NCBI GenBank assembly: GCA_009929855.1
Contig: RZZN01000017.1
Coordinates: 371-64,370, forward strand
Source of the DNA: Gammaproteobacteria bacterium
GTDB taxonomy: Bacteria > Pseudomonadota > Gammaproteobacteria > Chromatiales > Chromatiaceae
Length of the DNA: 64,000 nt
Direction: 5' to 3'
Shown here piece by piece: positions 26,880 through 36,409 of the stretch; the first letter of the stretch is position 1, and every line of letters starts with the position of its first letter. The translations under genes and the position numbers were made by a program. The notes beneath the pieces are model-generated. The model searched no databases, was not told the origin of the DNA, and saw nothing but the letters and a program-made list of their open reading frames with translations.

Positions 26880-28642
26880 ACGGCAACACCGAGCTGACCC
26901 GTCTCTGGATCCTCTTCAAGCCCTATCGCGGCTGGATGCTGGCCGGCATCCTGATCGCCCTGCTCACCCTGCTGGCCAATGTCACGCTCATGGCCTTGTC
27001 GGGCTGGTTCATCACCGCGATGGCGATCGCGGGCGCGACCGGGATCGCCGTCAATTATCTCGCCCCCGCCGCGCTGATCCGGCTCAGCGCCATCGTGCGC
27101 ACCGGCGGGCGCTACAGCGAGCGACTCGTCAATCACGAGGCGACCTTTCGTCTGATCGCCCGGCTGCGGGTCTGGTTCTATCGCCATCTCGAGCCCCTGG
27201 CACCGGCCCGTCTCCAGCAATACCACAGCGGCGATCTACTCAGCCGCATCCGCGCCGATATCGACGCGCTGGACAACCTCTATGTCCGGGTCCTGGTTCC
27301 GGTGGCAGTCGCGGCGCTCAGCACGCTCTTGTTCTTCGTCTTCCTTCTGCTGCACGATCCGCTCATCGCACTCAGCGGATTGGCCTTTCTCATGCTCGCC
27401 GGGGTCGGACTTCCGCTTTGGTCGCACTCGCGCGGCCAAGCACCCGGGCGTCGACTGGCCGCGGACGAGGCCGCGCTGCGCGCGGCCGTGATCGATGGTG
27501 TCCAGGGTCTGGCCGAGCTGACCATCTATGGCGCCAACGCCCGTCAAGCCGAGCGCATCGATCAGCTTGGGCGGCGTCTGATCACCGATCAGGCGCGTCT
27601 GAGCAGCGATCATGGACTCACTCAGGCCGCGGTGGGGCTGTGTGCCCACCTGAGTCTCTGGGTCCTGCTCTGGCTCGCGATCCCAATGGTGCACACAGGC
27701 CAGCTGATGCCGCCCCAACTGGCCATGCTCGCGCTCTTCACACTGGCCAGCTTCGAGGCCGTGGCGCCGCTGCCGCAAGCCTTCCAGCTGCTCGGTCGCA
27801 CGCTCGCCGCGGCACGGCGGATCTTCGCGATCGTCGACGCCACGCCCGCGGTGCATGAGCCAACCACGCCATCTCCGCAGCTCGAGCGGTTCGACATCCA
27901 ATTCAAAGGGATCCATTTCAGCTATCCAGGCGCGGCGACACCCGCCGTCAGCGACATCCATCTCAGCATCCCCCAAGGCAGCCGCGCCGCGGTCGTGGGC
28001 GTGACCGGCTCGGGCAAGAGCACCCTCTTCAATCTACTGCTGCGATTCTGGGAGCCCGACGCCGGCGACATCCTCATCGGCGGTCACTCGATCCGCCAAT
28101 TCCAAGGCGAGGATCTGCGCCGGCATATCGCGGTGGTCAGCCAGCAGACCCACCTGTTCAACACGACGATCCGCGAGAACCTGCTCATCGCCGCGCCCAC
28201 GGCGACACCCGAGGCGGTCGAATCCGCCTGCCGGATCGCGCAGATCCACGACTTCATCGGCACACTCCCGGACGGCTACGGGACCTGGGTCGGGGAGACC
28301 GGCGTGCGACTCTCCGGCGGACAAGCACGGCGCATCGCGGTCGCCCGCGCACTGCTCAAGGACGCGCCCATCCTACTCCTCGACGAGCCCACCGAAGGAC
28401 TCGACGCCGCCACCGAGCGTGACCTGATGCAGGCGCTGGATCGGCTCATGGCCGGACGCACCGTCCTACTCATCACCCACCGCCCAGCCGGTCTGGATTG
28501 GGTCGACCAGGTCCTGGTCCTCGACCAAGGGCTGACGCTCGCGCAAGGCACACCCGAGATCATCCCGGAGGCGACCCAGGGGGCTTTGCTGCGGGATGAG
28601 CGTGGTGGTCATCGAGAACCGAACCAAGACACACATCGATAA
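26876..28642 (+). CDS. cydC: Thiol-reductant ABC exporter subunit CydC
   Basis: ORF 25898.. trimmed to MNGNTELTRLWILFKPYRGWM. NBD motifs GVTGSGKST, LSGGQARRIAVARAL, LLLDEPTEGLD. Confidence 0.9.
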   Translation: MNGNTELTRLWILFKPYRGWMLAGILIALLTLLANVTLMALSGWFITAMAIAGATGIAVNYLAPAALIRLSAIVRTGGRYSERLVNHEATFRLIARLRVWFYRHLEPLAPARLQQYHSGDLLSRIRADIDALDNLYVRVLVPVAVAALSTLLFFVFLLLHDPLIALSGLAFLMLAGVGLPLWSHSRGQAPGRRLAADEAALRAAVIDGVQGLAELTIYGANARQAERIDQLGRRLITDQARLSSDHGLTQAAVGLCAHLSLWVLLWLAIPMVHTGQLMPPQLAMLALFTLASFEAVAPLPQAFQLLGRTLAAARRIFAIVDATPAVHEPTTPSPQLERFDIQFKGIHFSYPGAATPAVSDIHLSIPQGSRAAVVGVTGSGKSTLFNLLLRFWEPDAGDILIGGHSIRQFQGEDLRRHIAVVSQQTHLFNTTIRENLLIAAPTATPEAVESACRIAQIHDFIGTLPDGYGTWVGETGVRLSGGQARRIAVARALLKDAPILLLDEPTEGLDAATERDLMQALDRLMAGRTVLLITHRPAGLDWVDQVLVLDQGLTLAQGTPEIIPEATQGALLRDERGGHREPNQDTHR

Positions 28643-28740
28643 CTCGCTGCTGATCCGACGCCGGCATGCCCCACACCCAAAGGGCGTGAAGCTGAATGGT
28701 GGGCCGGAGGGGTGAAGGTGCTTTCGCCGGAATCCGCCCC

Positions 28741-29646
28741 CTACCCCTCGGAGTGCTCCCGATGGGCGCGAACCCCTCCGCCCCAGACCGTTTTTTGGTC
28801 CATCAGCCAATAGACGATCCCCAAGGCCAGCACCACGGCGGCGGTGGCCAGGATGTACATGGGCTCGAGCTTCTCGAAGTCGAAGACGATGACCTTTCGG
28901 GCGATTGCCATCAGGGCGGTGGCGATGACCAGCTTGACATGCACCACATCATCGCGGAGATAGAGCGTGATGTTCATGAAGATCTCGATCGCGATCAGCA
29001 CCGCCAGGAAGGCGCCGAAGGTGATGACGATGTCGTTGATGCTGAAGTCACGGACCGCGGGTCCGAAGAGCTGGCTGTACATCACGTGCATGACGTCCCC
29101 GACACCCCAGAGGATGGTGACCACCATCAGCACCGCCAGCACCCGCACCGCGCCGCGGATCACGCGGTGCAGCAGGTTGATCATGGGGTCATCCTCGTCG
29201 ACGCCCAGCTCGCTCTGACCGATGGTCTTGAAGCGCTCCTTGCGAAAATGCTTCATGAGACTCTCGACGATGGTCGCCTGCCGGCTGAGCGAGGCCGGGT
29301 TGAAATCGGCCTCGCTGAAGTCTTCAAGCCCCTCGACCCCATGCAGACTGCGCTCCGAGACCCGTTTGAATCCCATGCTCCAGCCCGAATACTCACGCCG
29401 CTCGATCGCCTTGCGCTGGATCACCTGCAGATCGGTATGCCGGGGATCCTGCTCGATCAGGTCGAGCAGCTCGTCGATCGCCTGCTCCTCGCCCTCCAGG
29501 ACCTGCAGGAAGGTGCCATTGCCATAGAGCAGCATGCCGGTGATGCCGCGTCCGGCGTTGTTCTCACGACAGCCCTGCAAGAGTTGCAGCAGTTCATCGT
29601 TGGACATGGGCCGCGTGGCTGCGCTGATATAGATGAGCTGGATCAT
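28741..29646 (-). CDS. BLUF (blue-light FAD sensor) domain fused to a PsiE-like 4-TM membrane domain
   Basis: N-terminus MIQLIYISAA..ITGMLLYGNGTFLQVLEG..DPRHTDL..YSGWSMGF carries the BLUF Tyr/Gln/Trp-Met set. C-terminus VLAVLMVVTILWG..FLAVLIAIEIFMNITLYLRDDVVHVKLVIATALMAIARKVIVFD..ILATAAVVLALGIVYWL is colinear with E. coli PsiE. Confidence 0.85.
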   Translation of the reverse strand: MIQLIYISAATRPMSNDELLQLLQGCRENNAGRGITGMLLYGNGTFLQVLEGEEQAIDELLDLIEQDPRHTDLQVIQRKAIERREYSGWSMGFKRVSERSLHGVEGLEDFSEADFNPASLSRQATIVESLMKHFRKERFKTIGQSELGVDEDDPMINLLHRVIRGAVRVLAVLMVVTILWGVGDVMHVMYSQLFGPAVRDFSINDIVITFGAFLAVLIAIEIFMNITLYLRDDVVHVKLVIATALMAIARKVIVFDFEKLEPMYILATAAVVLALGIVYWLMDQKTVWGGGVRAHREHSEG

Positions 29647-30116
29647 GACTGGAAGCTCCGTGCGTCTGAGAAACCCGTCCCCGGTCTCTCGGTAGGGCCG
29701 CGCGGCCGGGGGGTCGAATCGGTCGAGTCATTCTACTCCATGGTGACAGCGGCGCATGACCATCTCGTGTCCACTCACCCCTCCGCCGATCCGCCGATCC
29801 ATCCTGACAGCGGTCCCGCGTCTTCGCGCCTCATCGTCGTGATCCGTGCAACAGAGCCGAGCGGATGAAACCGGCGGACATGAAGGCCCGCTTGGAGGCG
29901 CCGGCAAGCCGCGAAAATGGCATGTATCCTAGTGTTAGGCTCCATCGCATGGTCCGAACACATCCGCCTCGCGCTGACGCGGCAGATTTCAGTCGCCATC
30001 GACGATACCGAGCACGCGGATCCTCTGTGTCAGCGACTGTTCCATTCCGCTGCAGTGCTTTCAACCGGATGGTGACTGATGGCGAAAACGAAAACGAAAG
30101 GTACTGGAAAGACATC

Positions 30117-30764
30117 ATGGACATCCCAAACATTCGGCTCTGCTCATCGACTGGAGCCGACCTGGAGCGGCACATACCAGAGGTTGCGCGCTTGCGTCTC
30201 CAGGTCTTCCGCGATTTCCCCTATCTCTACGACGGCGATCTGGACTACGAGGCCAGATACCTGCGCACCTACAGCCAGGCCCCCGGCAGCCTGGTGGTGC
30301 TGGCCGTGGATGGTGAACGGGTGGTCGGCGCATCCACGGGACTGCCGCTGATGGCAGCGACCGACGAGGTCAAGGCCCCCTTCATCTCGCACAACTACGA
30401 CCCGACCACTGTCTTTTACCTCGGCGAATCCGTACTCTTACCAGACTACCGCGGGCACGGGATCGGCGTACTCTTCTTCGAGGCCCGCGAGGCCCATGCG
30501 CGCGCCCTGGCGTCCGATCCAGAATCGTCCTTCGGTCCGCTGCGTCACCTGGCCTTCTGCGCCGTCGAGCGCGGCCACGAGGATCCAAGGCGGCCCGCGA
30601 GCCATGTCCCGCTCGATCGATTCTGGTGCAAGCGCGGCTACCGCCGACACCCACAGCTGCGAACCAGCTTCTCCTGGCGTGAGCTCGGCGAGGCAGCCGA
30701 GACCCCCAAGCCCATGGTGTTCTGGCTGAAGTCCGTCTCAGGCAATTCCTCGGAAAGGATCTAG
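30117..30764 (+). CDS. GNAT family N-acetyltransferase
   Basis: ORF 29865.. trimmed to MDIPNIRL (alternative start at 30069). Acetyl-CoA-binding core LLPDYRGHGIGVLFFE. Confidence 0.75.
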   Translation: MDIPNIRLCSSTGADLERHIPEVARLRLQVFRDFPYLYDGDLDYEARYLRTYSQAPGSLVVLAVDGERVVGASTGLPLMAATDEVKAPFISHNYDPTTVFYLGESVLLPDYRGHGIGVLFFEAREAHARALASDPESSFGPLRHLAFCAVERGHEDPRRPASHVPLDRFWCKRGYRRHPQLRTSFSWRELGEAAETPKPMVFWLKSVSGNSSERI

Positions 30765-30887
30765 CTGTGTTGTGACGACGTCTTGCCACCCGAGAGGTCT
30801 TGCACAAGCCGCTCAGCCCCCCAGGGACCATGCGCACCGGGGGGAGAACCGGGGCTGCACCATGAGCACACTAGGCCACCGAAAATA

Positions 30888-33800
30888 TTGAAAAACATAT
30901 CATTACGTCGTTTGCTGATCATCAGCTTCACGAGCCTGGTGAGCGGCGCGGTGGCCACCCTCGGGCTGCTTGCGTGGAACGCGAGCGAGCGTGCCGTTGC
31001 GTCCATGGCCGAGCAACTGATGATGGATGTCGGTGATCGCATCGACCAGCGCCTGGCCACCCAGCTGGCCCAGCTGCGCCTGGTCGTGCAAACCAACGCC
31101 GCCCTGATCCGCCGGGGCCGCCTCGATTGGCAGGACGGTCCAGTCATAGAGCAGCACTTCGCCGAGCAGCTCGGGCTGTTCAGCGGCGTGACCACCATCG
31201 CCCAGGCGACCGAGCAACAGGAGTTCCGGCTGATGATGCGAACGGGGCCCGATGCGCGGATCCTGCGCCGCATGGACGCCTCGACCCAGTTCCGTCTCAA
31301 CCGGTATCAAGCCGACCCGGAGGGCCAACCCGGCGCGCTGCTCGAGACGCGGGATAATTACGATCCGCACAACGACCCGCCGGGGAAGCCTTGGTACCTG
31401 ACCACCCGCGACAGCGGGCAGGGGCAATGGGCCTTGAGCGTCAGTCTCGGCAAGGGGCAGACCCGGCCTGAGCTGATCAGCCATTATTCGGAGCCCTTCT
31501 ACGACCCATCGGGGGTGCTGCGGGGTGTCCTGGATGCGGGGATGACCCTCACTGAGATCGGCGACTTCCTGCGGGGTCTCGAGATCAGCGCCAATGGTCA
31601 GGCCTTCCTCATCGACCCTGAGGGCCTGTTGATCGCCACCTCCAGCGGCGAGATCCCCTTCGACAGCCGCCCCCTGCCGGATCATGCCCAGAACGTCGCC
31701 GTCAAGCACCGCCGCCTGGCGGCCAGCGCGAGCGCCGATCCCATCACGGCCGAGACTACCCGGCAACTGCTCGCCGTGTGGCCGGACCTGGCCCAGTTGG
31801 ACGCGCCGCGGAGCCTCGTCTTTCACCTCCAGGGCAAGCGCTATCTCGCCTACGCCGCCCCGCTGTCCGAGGATTCTTCCAATCCAGACTGGATCATCCT
31901 GGTCACGGCGCCGCTGCGTGATTTCACCGCCCTCCTGTGGGCGCGGATGCACCAGCCGATCCTGCTGGCCCTGTTCGTCCTGGGGATCGCCATCCTGCTG
32001 GGCCTGGGCGCCACGGGCTGGATCAGCCGGCCGCTCCAGCAATTGAGCGTGGCGACCCGACGCCTGGCCGAAGGTGACTTCAGCCAACCGCTGCCCGCAA
32101 CGCCGATCCTGGAATTACGGGATCTGGGACAGGCCTTCAGCACCATGAGCAGTCGCCTGCACGAGGCCTTCACCCGACTGCAGACACTCAACCAGAGCCT
32201 ACGCGAGGCCGAGCAGACCCTGGCCGGGGAGAACCTTCGCCTGGAGGAGCGTGTCGCCGAGCGCACCGCCGAATTGGAAGCGGCCCGCCTCCGGCTCGAG
32301 GAGGTCTTGGCTCAGCGTACCGAGTCCGAGGCGAAATTCCGCGGCATGTTCGAGCAATCGCCCCTCGGCGTCGCACTCATCGACCCGGCCAGCGGCCAGA
32401 TGCTAGAGGTCAATGACCGCCTGCTCGGCCTCCTTGGCGTCAATCGCGAAGAACTGGCAAGCCTCGGCTGGACCGGCATCACCCATCCCGATGACCTGCC
32501 GAGGGAGCAAGCCCTTGTCGCGCGTCTCTGCGCGCGCGAGATCGAAGGCTTCGAGTTGGAGAAGCGTTATCTGCGCCCGGACGGCACTCAGAACTGGGCC
32601 GCCTTGACGGTGGCCTCGGTCGCCATCAGCGGGAACGATCAGCCTCTCCATCTCTGCCTGGTCGAGGATATCAACGCCCGCAAGACGGCCGAGGCCCAGG
32701 TCCTGGCGAGCGAGCGCCAGCTGCGTCGAATATTGGACAACATGCCCACGGCCATTTCCTCCGGTCGCCCAGGCCCGACTGGCCAGATCACCTATGTCAA
32801 CGAACAGTTCGAGCGCACCTTCGGCTATCAGTTGGAGGATATTCCCACCGTCAGCGACTGGGCATGGCGTGCCTATCCCGATGCCGCCTATCGCCAGCGC
32901 TCGATGGACTGGTGGTCGAGTGCGGTGGCCAGGGCGACGGCGACCACGGGCCAGGTCGAGTCCAAGGAGTTCCAAATCACCTGCAAGGACGGGACCCAGC
33001 GGGATGTGATCATCAGCGCCACCGTCCTCGATGATCTCCTACTGGTCTCGTTCCTGGACATCTCCGCGCGCAAGCAGGCCGAGGCCCGCCTCGCCGAGAG
33101 TGAGGAGCGCTTCCGCCGAGCCTTCGATGATGCCAACACCGGCATGTGTCTGGTCGACCTCCAGGGACATCTGCTGCAGGTCAACACCAAGATGAGCGCC
33201 ATCTTCGGCTATCGCCGCGAGGAGTTGGAGGGAATGAGCACCAACGACCTGACGCTTGCGGAAGACCAGACGGTGAGTCCGGCCTTCATCGGCCAGGCCA
33301 TCCATGGCGGTGGTGACAGCGCCATCTTCGAGAAACGCTATCGCCATCGTGATGGGCACGTCATCCATGGCCAGGTTGCCTCGTCACTGGTGCGCGATAC
33401 CCGGGGTCAGCCCCTGTACTTCATCTCTCAGGTGCAGGACATCACCCAACGAAAAGAGGCCGAGGCCGCCTTGGCTCAGTCCATGGCAGAGCTGGAGGCG
33501 GCCAATCTGGAGCTGGACCGGCTCGCCACCACGGATATGCTGACCGGGATCTCGAATCGCCGCCACTTCGAGCAGGCCGTCGCCACCGCGGTCGCACGCG
33601 CCGCGCGCTACGGCGAGCCGCTCGCTCTGCTCATGTTCGACCTCGACCACTTCAAGGCGATCAATGACACCCACGGTCATCTGGTGGGCGATCGGGTGCT
33701 CATCGAGCTGACCCGCCTGGCTCACGCGCATCTGCGCGCGGCCGACGTGCTGGCACGCTGGGGCGGAGAGGAATTCGTCGTCCTTCTGGCCCACTGTCAG

Positions 33801-34001
33801 CTGGACGAGGCGCGGCAACTGGCCGAAAAGCTCCGCCTGCTGATCGCCAACCATCCCTTCGCCACGGTTGGAAACGTCACATCGAGCTTCGGCGTGACTG
33901 AGTATCGACCCGCTGAGACCGCCGATGCCTGGCTGACGCGCACCGATGAGGCCCTGTACCGGGCGAAGACAGCAGGGCGCAACCGGGTGGATTCGGCGTA
34001 A
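30888..34001 (+). CDS. Membrane sensor diguanylate cyclase (periplasmic Cache-like domain, HAMP, coiled coil, 3x PAS, GGDEF)
   Basis: TM1 LLIISFTSLVSGAVATLGLLAW, TM2 ILLALFVLGIAILLGLGATGW followed by a HAMP domain (PLQQLSVATRRLAEGDF). Three PAS blocks. GGDEF domain with the RWGGEEFVVLL active site. The only start that keeps the basic N-terminus and TM1 is TTG 30888 (MKNISLRR..). Confidence 0.85.
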   Translation: MKNISLRRLLIISFTSLVSGAVATLGLLAWNASERAVASMAEQLMMDVGDRIDQRLATQLAQLRLVVQTNAALIRRGRLDWQDGPVIEQHFAEQLGLFSGVTTIAQATEQQEFRLMMRTGPDARILRRMDASTQFRLNRYQADPEGQPGALLETRDNYDPHNDPPGKPWYLTTRDSGQGQWALSVSLGKGQTRPELISHYSEPFYDPSGVLRGVLDAGMTLTEIGDFLRGLEISANGQAFLIDPEGLLIATSSGEIPFDSRPLPDHAQNVAVKHRRLAASASADPITAETTRQLLAVWPDLAQLDAPRSLVFHLQGKRYLAYAAPLSEDSSNPDWIILVTAPLRDFTALLWARMHQPILLALFVLGIAILLGLGATGWISRPLQQLSVATRRLAEGDFSQPLPATPILELRDLGQAFSTMSSRLHEAFTRLQTLNQSLREAEQTLAGENLRLEERVAERTAELEAARLRLEEVLAQRTESEAKFRGMFEQSPLGVALIDPASGQMLEVNDRLLGLLGVNREELASLGWTGITHPDDLPREQALVARLCAREIEGFELEKRYLRPDGTQNWAALTVASVAISGNDQPLHLCLVEDINARKTAEAQVLASERQLRRILDNMPTAISSGRPGPTGQITYVNEQFERTFGYQLEDIPTVSDWAWRAYPDAAYRQRSMDWWSSAVARATATTGQVESKEFQITCKDGTQRDVIISATVLDDLLLVSFLDISARKQAEARLAESEERFRRAFDDANTGMCLVDLQGHLLQVNTKMSAIFGYRREELEGMSTNDLTLAEDQTVSPAFIGQAIHGGGDSAIFEKRYRHRDGHVIHGQVASSLVRDTRGQPLYFISQVQDITQRKEAEAALAQSMAELEAANLELDRLATTDMLTGISNRRHFEQAVATAVARAARYGEPLALLMFDLDHFKAINDTHGHLVGDRVLIELTRLAHAHLRAADVLARWGGEEFVVLLAHCQLDEARQLAEKLRLLIANHPFATVGNVTSSFGVTEYRPAETADAWLTRTDEALYRAKTAGRNRVDSA

Positions 34002-34210
34002 GGCATGTGTGGCAAGGGATTGCTTCTTGAACGATACCTGGGATCCAGGGTGGAGGAAACGACTCATCCAAGTTGCATCCATGCGGTCTGATTGACCCCA
34101 TGGATGCGTTCGCGGGCCTTGCGGATGATCCGCTCGACGATTATGCTGCGCCGCAACATTCGGAGGCGGATCCAGCGTTGCCGCCTCTCCTGGTCGACCG
34201 CGGAATCACT

Positions 34211-35089
34211 ATGGCCTTCACCACACTCGAGCAGATGATGCTGGACGATGGTCCAGTCGCTTATCGTCGGCTCGTCAATGGACGTCCACCACTCTTGCTC
34301 ATCCATGGCTGGGGGGGCACTTCGCGTCATTGGCAAGACGCGCCCGAGCATCTGGGCGACATCCGCGATCTCTACGCGTTGGATCTGCCGGGTCATGGTG
34401 AGACACCACCGCGTGCTCGAACGGCCCATCCGCGGGCATTGGCGGAGCTGGTCATCGCTGTCGCCGATCGACTCGGGTTGGCGCGTTTCGATCTCAATGG
34501 TCACTCCTGGGGTGCCGCGGTCGCGATCCTGGTCGCGGCACATTGGCCCGAACGTGTCGATCGTCTGGTGCTCACCAGCCTGGGAACGGCGCGGCATGTG
34601 ATCGAGCGGCTGGCGATGACCCAGGCCTATCACCAGATGACCTTTGCGATGCATCTCTGGCGACCTTGGCTGACACTCTATCGCCCGTGGCTGGAGCTTG
34701 CGCGTCCCGCGCTCGACTGGGTTGGGAGTCATCCCGAGGTCTATCGGGCCATCGCGAGCCAGGTCTTGCACCGGCTCCCAGAGGATGACGCGCTCATTCG
34801 TCTCGGTGTCCAAGAGTTGCTCGGTGCCGACCCCATCACGGCGCTGGAATATGCCATCGCCGCGGGCAGTCCAATGTTCCTGAACGCGCTGGAGACCATG
34901 GCGACCCCGACCCTACTGGTGAACGGGGCGAACGATCGAATCATGCCACCGTCGGGCGGCCGCGCGCTGGCCGCATTCATTCGCGACGTACGGCGGGTCG
35001 AGATGGCCGACTGCGGACACTTTCCGATGGTAGAGCAGCCAGCGCCCTATCATCGACTGGTTGGTCGCTTCCTGACCGGCGAGGCCTGA
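34211..35089 (+). CDS. Alpha/beta hydrolase
   Basis: ORF trimmed to MAFTTLEQ. Oxyanion-hole motif HGWGG, nucleophile elbow GHSWGA, C-terminal catalytic His in CGHFP. Confidence 0.8.
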   Translation: MAFTTLEQMMLDDGPVAYRRLVNGRPPLLLIHGWGGTSRHWQDAPEHLGDIRDLYALDLPGHGETPPRARTAHPRALAELVIAVADRLGLARFDLNGHSWGAAVAILVAAHWPERVDRLVLTSLGTARHVIERLAMTQAYHQMTFAMHLWRPWLTLYRPWLELARPALDWVGSHPEVYRAIASQVLHRLPEDDALIRLGVQELLGADPITALEYAIAAGSPMFLNALETMATPTLLVNGANDRIMPPSGGRALAAFIRDVRRVEMADCGHFPMVEQPAPYHRLVGRFLTGEA

Positions 35090-35115
35090 GGCCCAGTCCT
35101 ATTTGTTTGCAAGGA

Positions 35116-35149
35116 TCGGCTCACACCTCGCGGACGGGATGTGAGCCGA
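35116..35149. terminator. Hairpin between the convergent hydrolase and peroxidase genes
   Basis: TCGGCTCACA-14 nt-TGTGAGCCGA, a 10-bp perfect stem. Confidence 0.45.
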
Positions 35150-35288
35150 CCGCTCGTCGATCGAGATCACACAAGCGCGGGCCATGGCCTGCCATTCGGC
35201 TCAGCCCCCATCCAGGCCGCGGCTTGGGCGGGCACCAGAACCCAGACACCAGGGATGGTCAATGAGGCCGATCCTGGCAAGTTGGCAC

Positions 35289-36332
35289 CTAGGGGATCCG
35301 AGGCTGATCCCAGGACTCGTCGCTGGTCAGCGCTTCCAGGAAGGCGACGATCTGATCGATCTCGGCGTCCGTCAGACCACGATCGAGCAGCAGGTCTGAC
35401 TTATTGGGATCCGCGCCACCTCCGGAGGCCATGTAGCGAACGGCCTCGGCGAGCGTGGCCCGACTTCCGTCGTGAAAGTAGGGCGCGCTCAAAGCGACCG
35501 AACGTAACGACGGGGTCTTGAAGGCACCGCGATCGGCCTCCTCCTTGGTGACATTGAAGCGACCTGGATCTGGGCTCTCCTGACCATGCTCCAGGCCGAT
35601 GTTGTAGAAGGTGCTGTTGCCATAATAGGGCGGTGTGTGACAGGCAACGCATCCGGCCTTGCCGGCGAACAGGGCTTGGCCGGCGATGGCATCGGCACTC
35701 ACTGCGTCTGTTTCACCCATCTCGTAGCGATCCCATGGCGAGTGGTCGCTGTTCTTGGTGCGCAGATAGGCGGCCAGCGCCTTGACGATGGTGTCGGGTG
35801 TGGCCGGGGCGTCGAAGACGCGCGCGAACTGCTCGGCATACTCCGGAACCGCTTGGATGAGCGGCGCGACCTGTTCGGGATCCGCGTTGATCTGCGCCTT
35901 CCAGGCCGCCATCACCTGACCCTCGAGCGTCGTGGCGCGACCATCCCAGTACCAGGCGGTTTGGTAACCCACATTGTAGAGTGATGGGGTATGGCGTGTG
36001 TTGAGCTGGCCGTTGTCCTTGGGTGAGAGGGCCAGGCCATCGGTCCAGCCGAGATGCCGATAGTGACATCCCTGACAGGCCATCTGACCACTGCCCGAGA
36101 GACGCGGGTCGACGAAGAGTTGCTTGCCGAGTGCGATCTTCTCGGGTGTCGCGGGGTTGTCGGCTGGATGGACCATCGGCGGTAAGGCGGATGGTCGAGT
36201 GGAGGCGCTGGCTGGCGTCGATGCATCCGGGCCTGGCGACGCGGCGGCATGGCCGTGAAGGGTCCAGAGCGAGATGGCCAAGGTCAATCCGGCGATGGCG
36301 GTGCGCGTAGCGAGCATGCGAGATCTCCTCAA
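35289..36332 (-). CDS. Di-haem cytochrome c peroxidase (CCP/MauG family), periplasmic
   Basis: Signal peptide. Two CxxCH sites (CQGCH, CVACH). FKTPSLRSVALSAPYFHDGS is typical of bacterial CCPs. Confidence 0.9.
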   Translation of the reverse strand: MRRSRMLATRTAIAGLTLAISLWTLHGHAAASPGPDASTPASASTRPSALPPMVHPADNPATPEKIALGKQLFVDPRLSGSGQMACQGCHYRHLGWTDGLALSPKDNGQLNTRHTPSLYNVGYQTAWYWDGRATTLEGQVMAAWKAQINADPEQVAPLIQAVPEYAEQFARVFDAPATPDTIVKALAAYLRTKNSDHSPWDRYEMGETDAVSADAIAGQALFAGKAGCVACHTPPYYGNSTFYNIGLEHGQESPDPGRFNVTKEEADRGAFKTPSLRSVALSAPYFHDGSRATLAEAVRYMASGGGADPNKSDLLLDRGLTDAEIDQIVAFLEALTSDESWDQPRIP

Positions 36333-36409
36333 GTGGCGGTGTGGCCGTGGGCAGGCCGTTGGCGTTAGGGCAGTGTATGGGCCGGTGCGCCGACTTTAAA
36401 CCGCTGGGA

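Noticed and set aside
28696-29868. 390-aa plus-strand ORF antisense to the BLUF-PsiE gene. Similar cases are 30903..32087 (antisense to the GGDEF gene), 40509..41588, 50508..51872, 62591..63685 and 62656..63651 (antisense to ftsZ).
   Set aside because: Same shadow-ORF reasoning: no motifs, skewed composition, and they overlap strongly supported genes.
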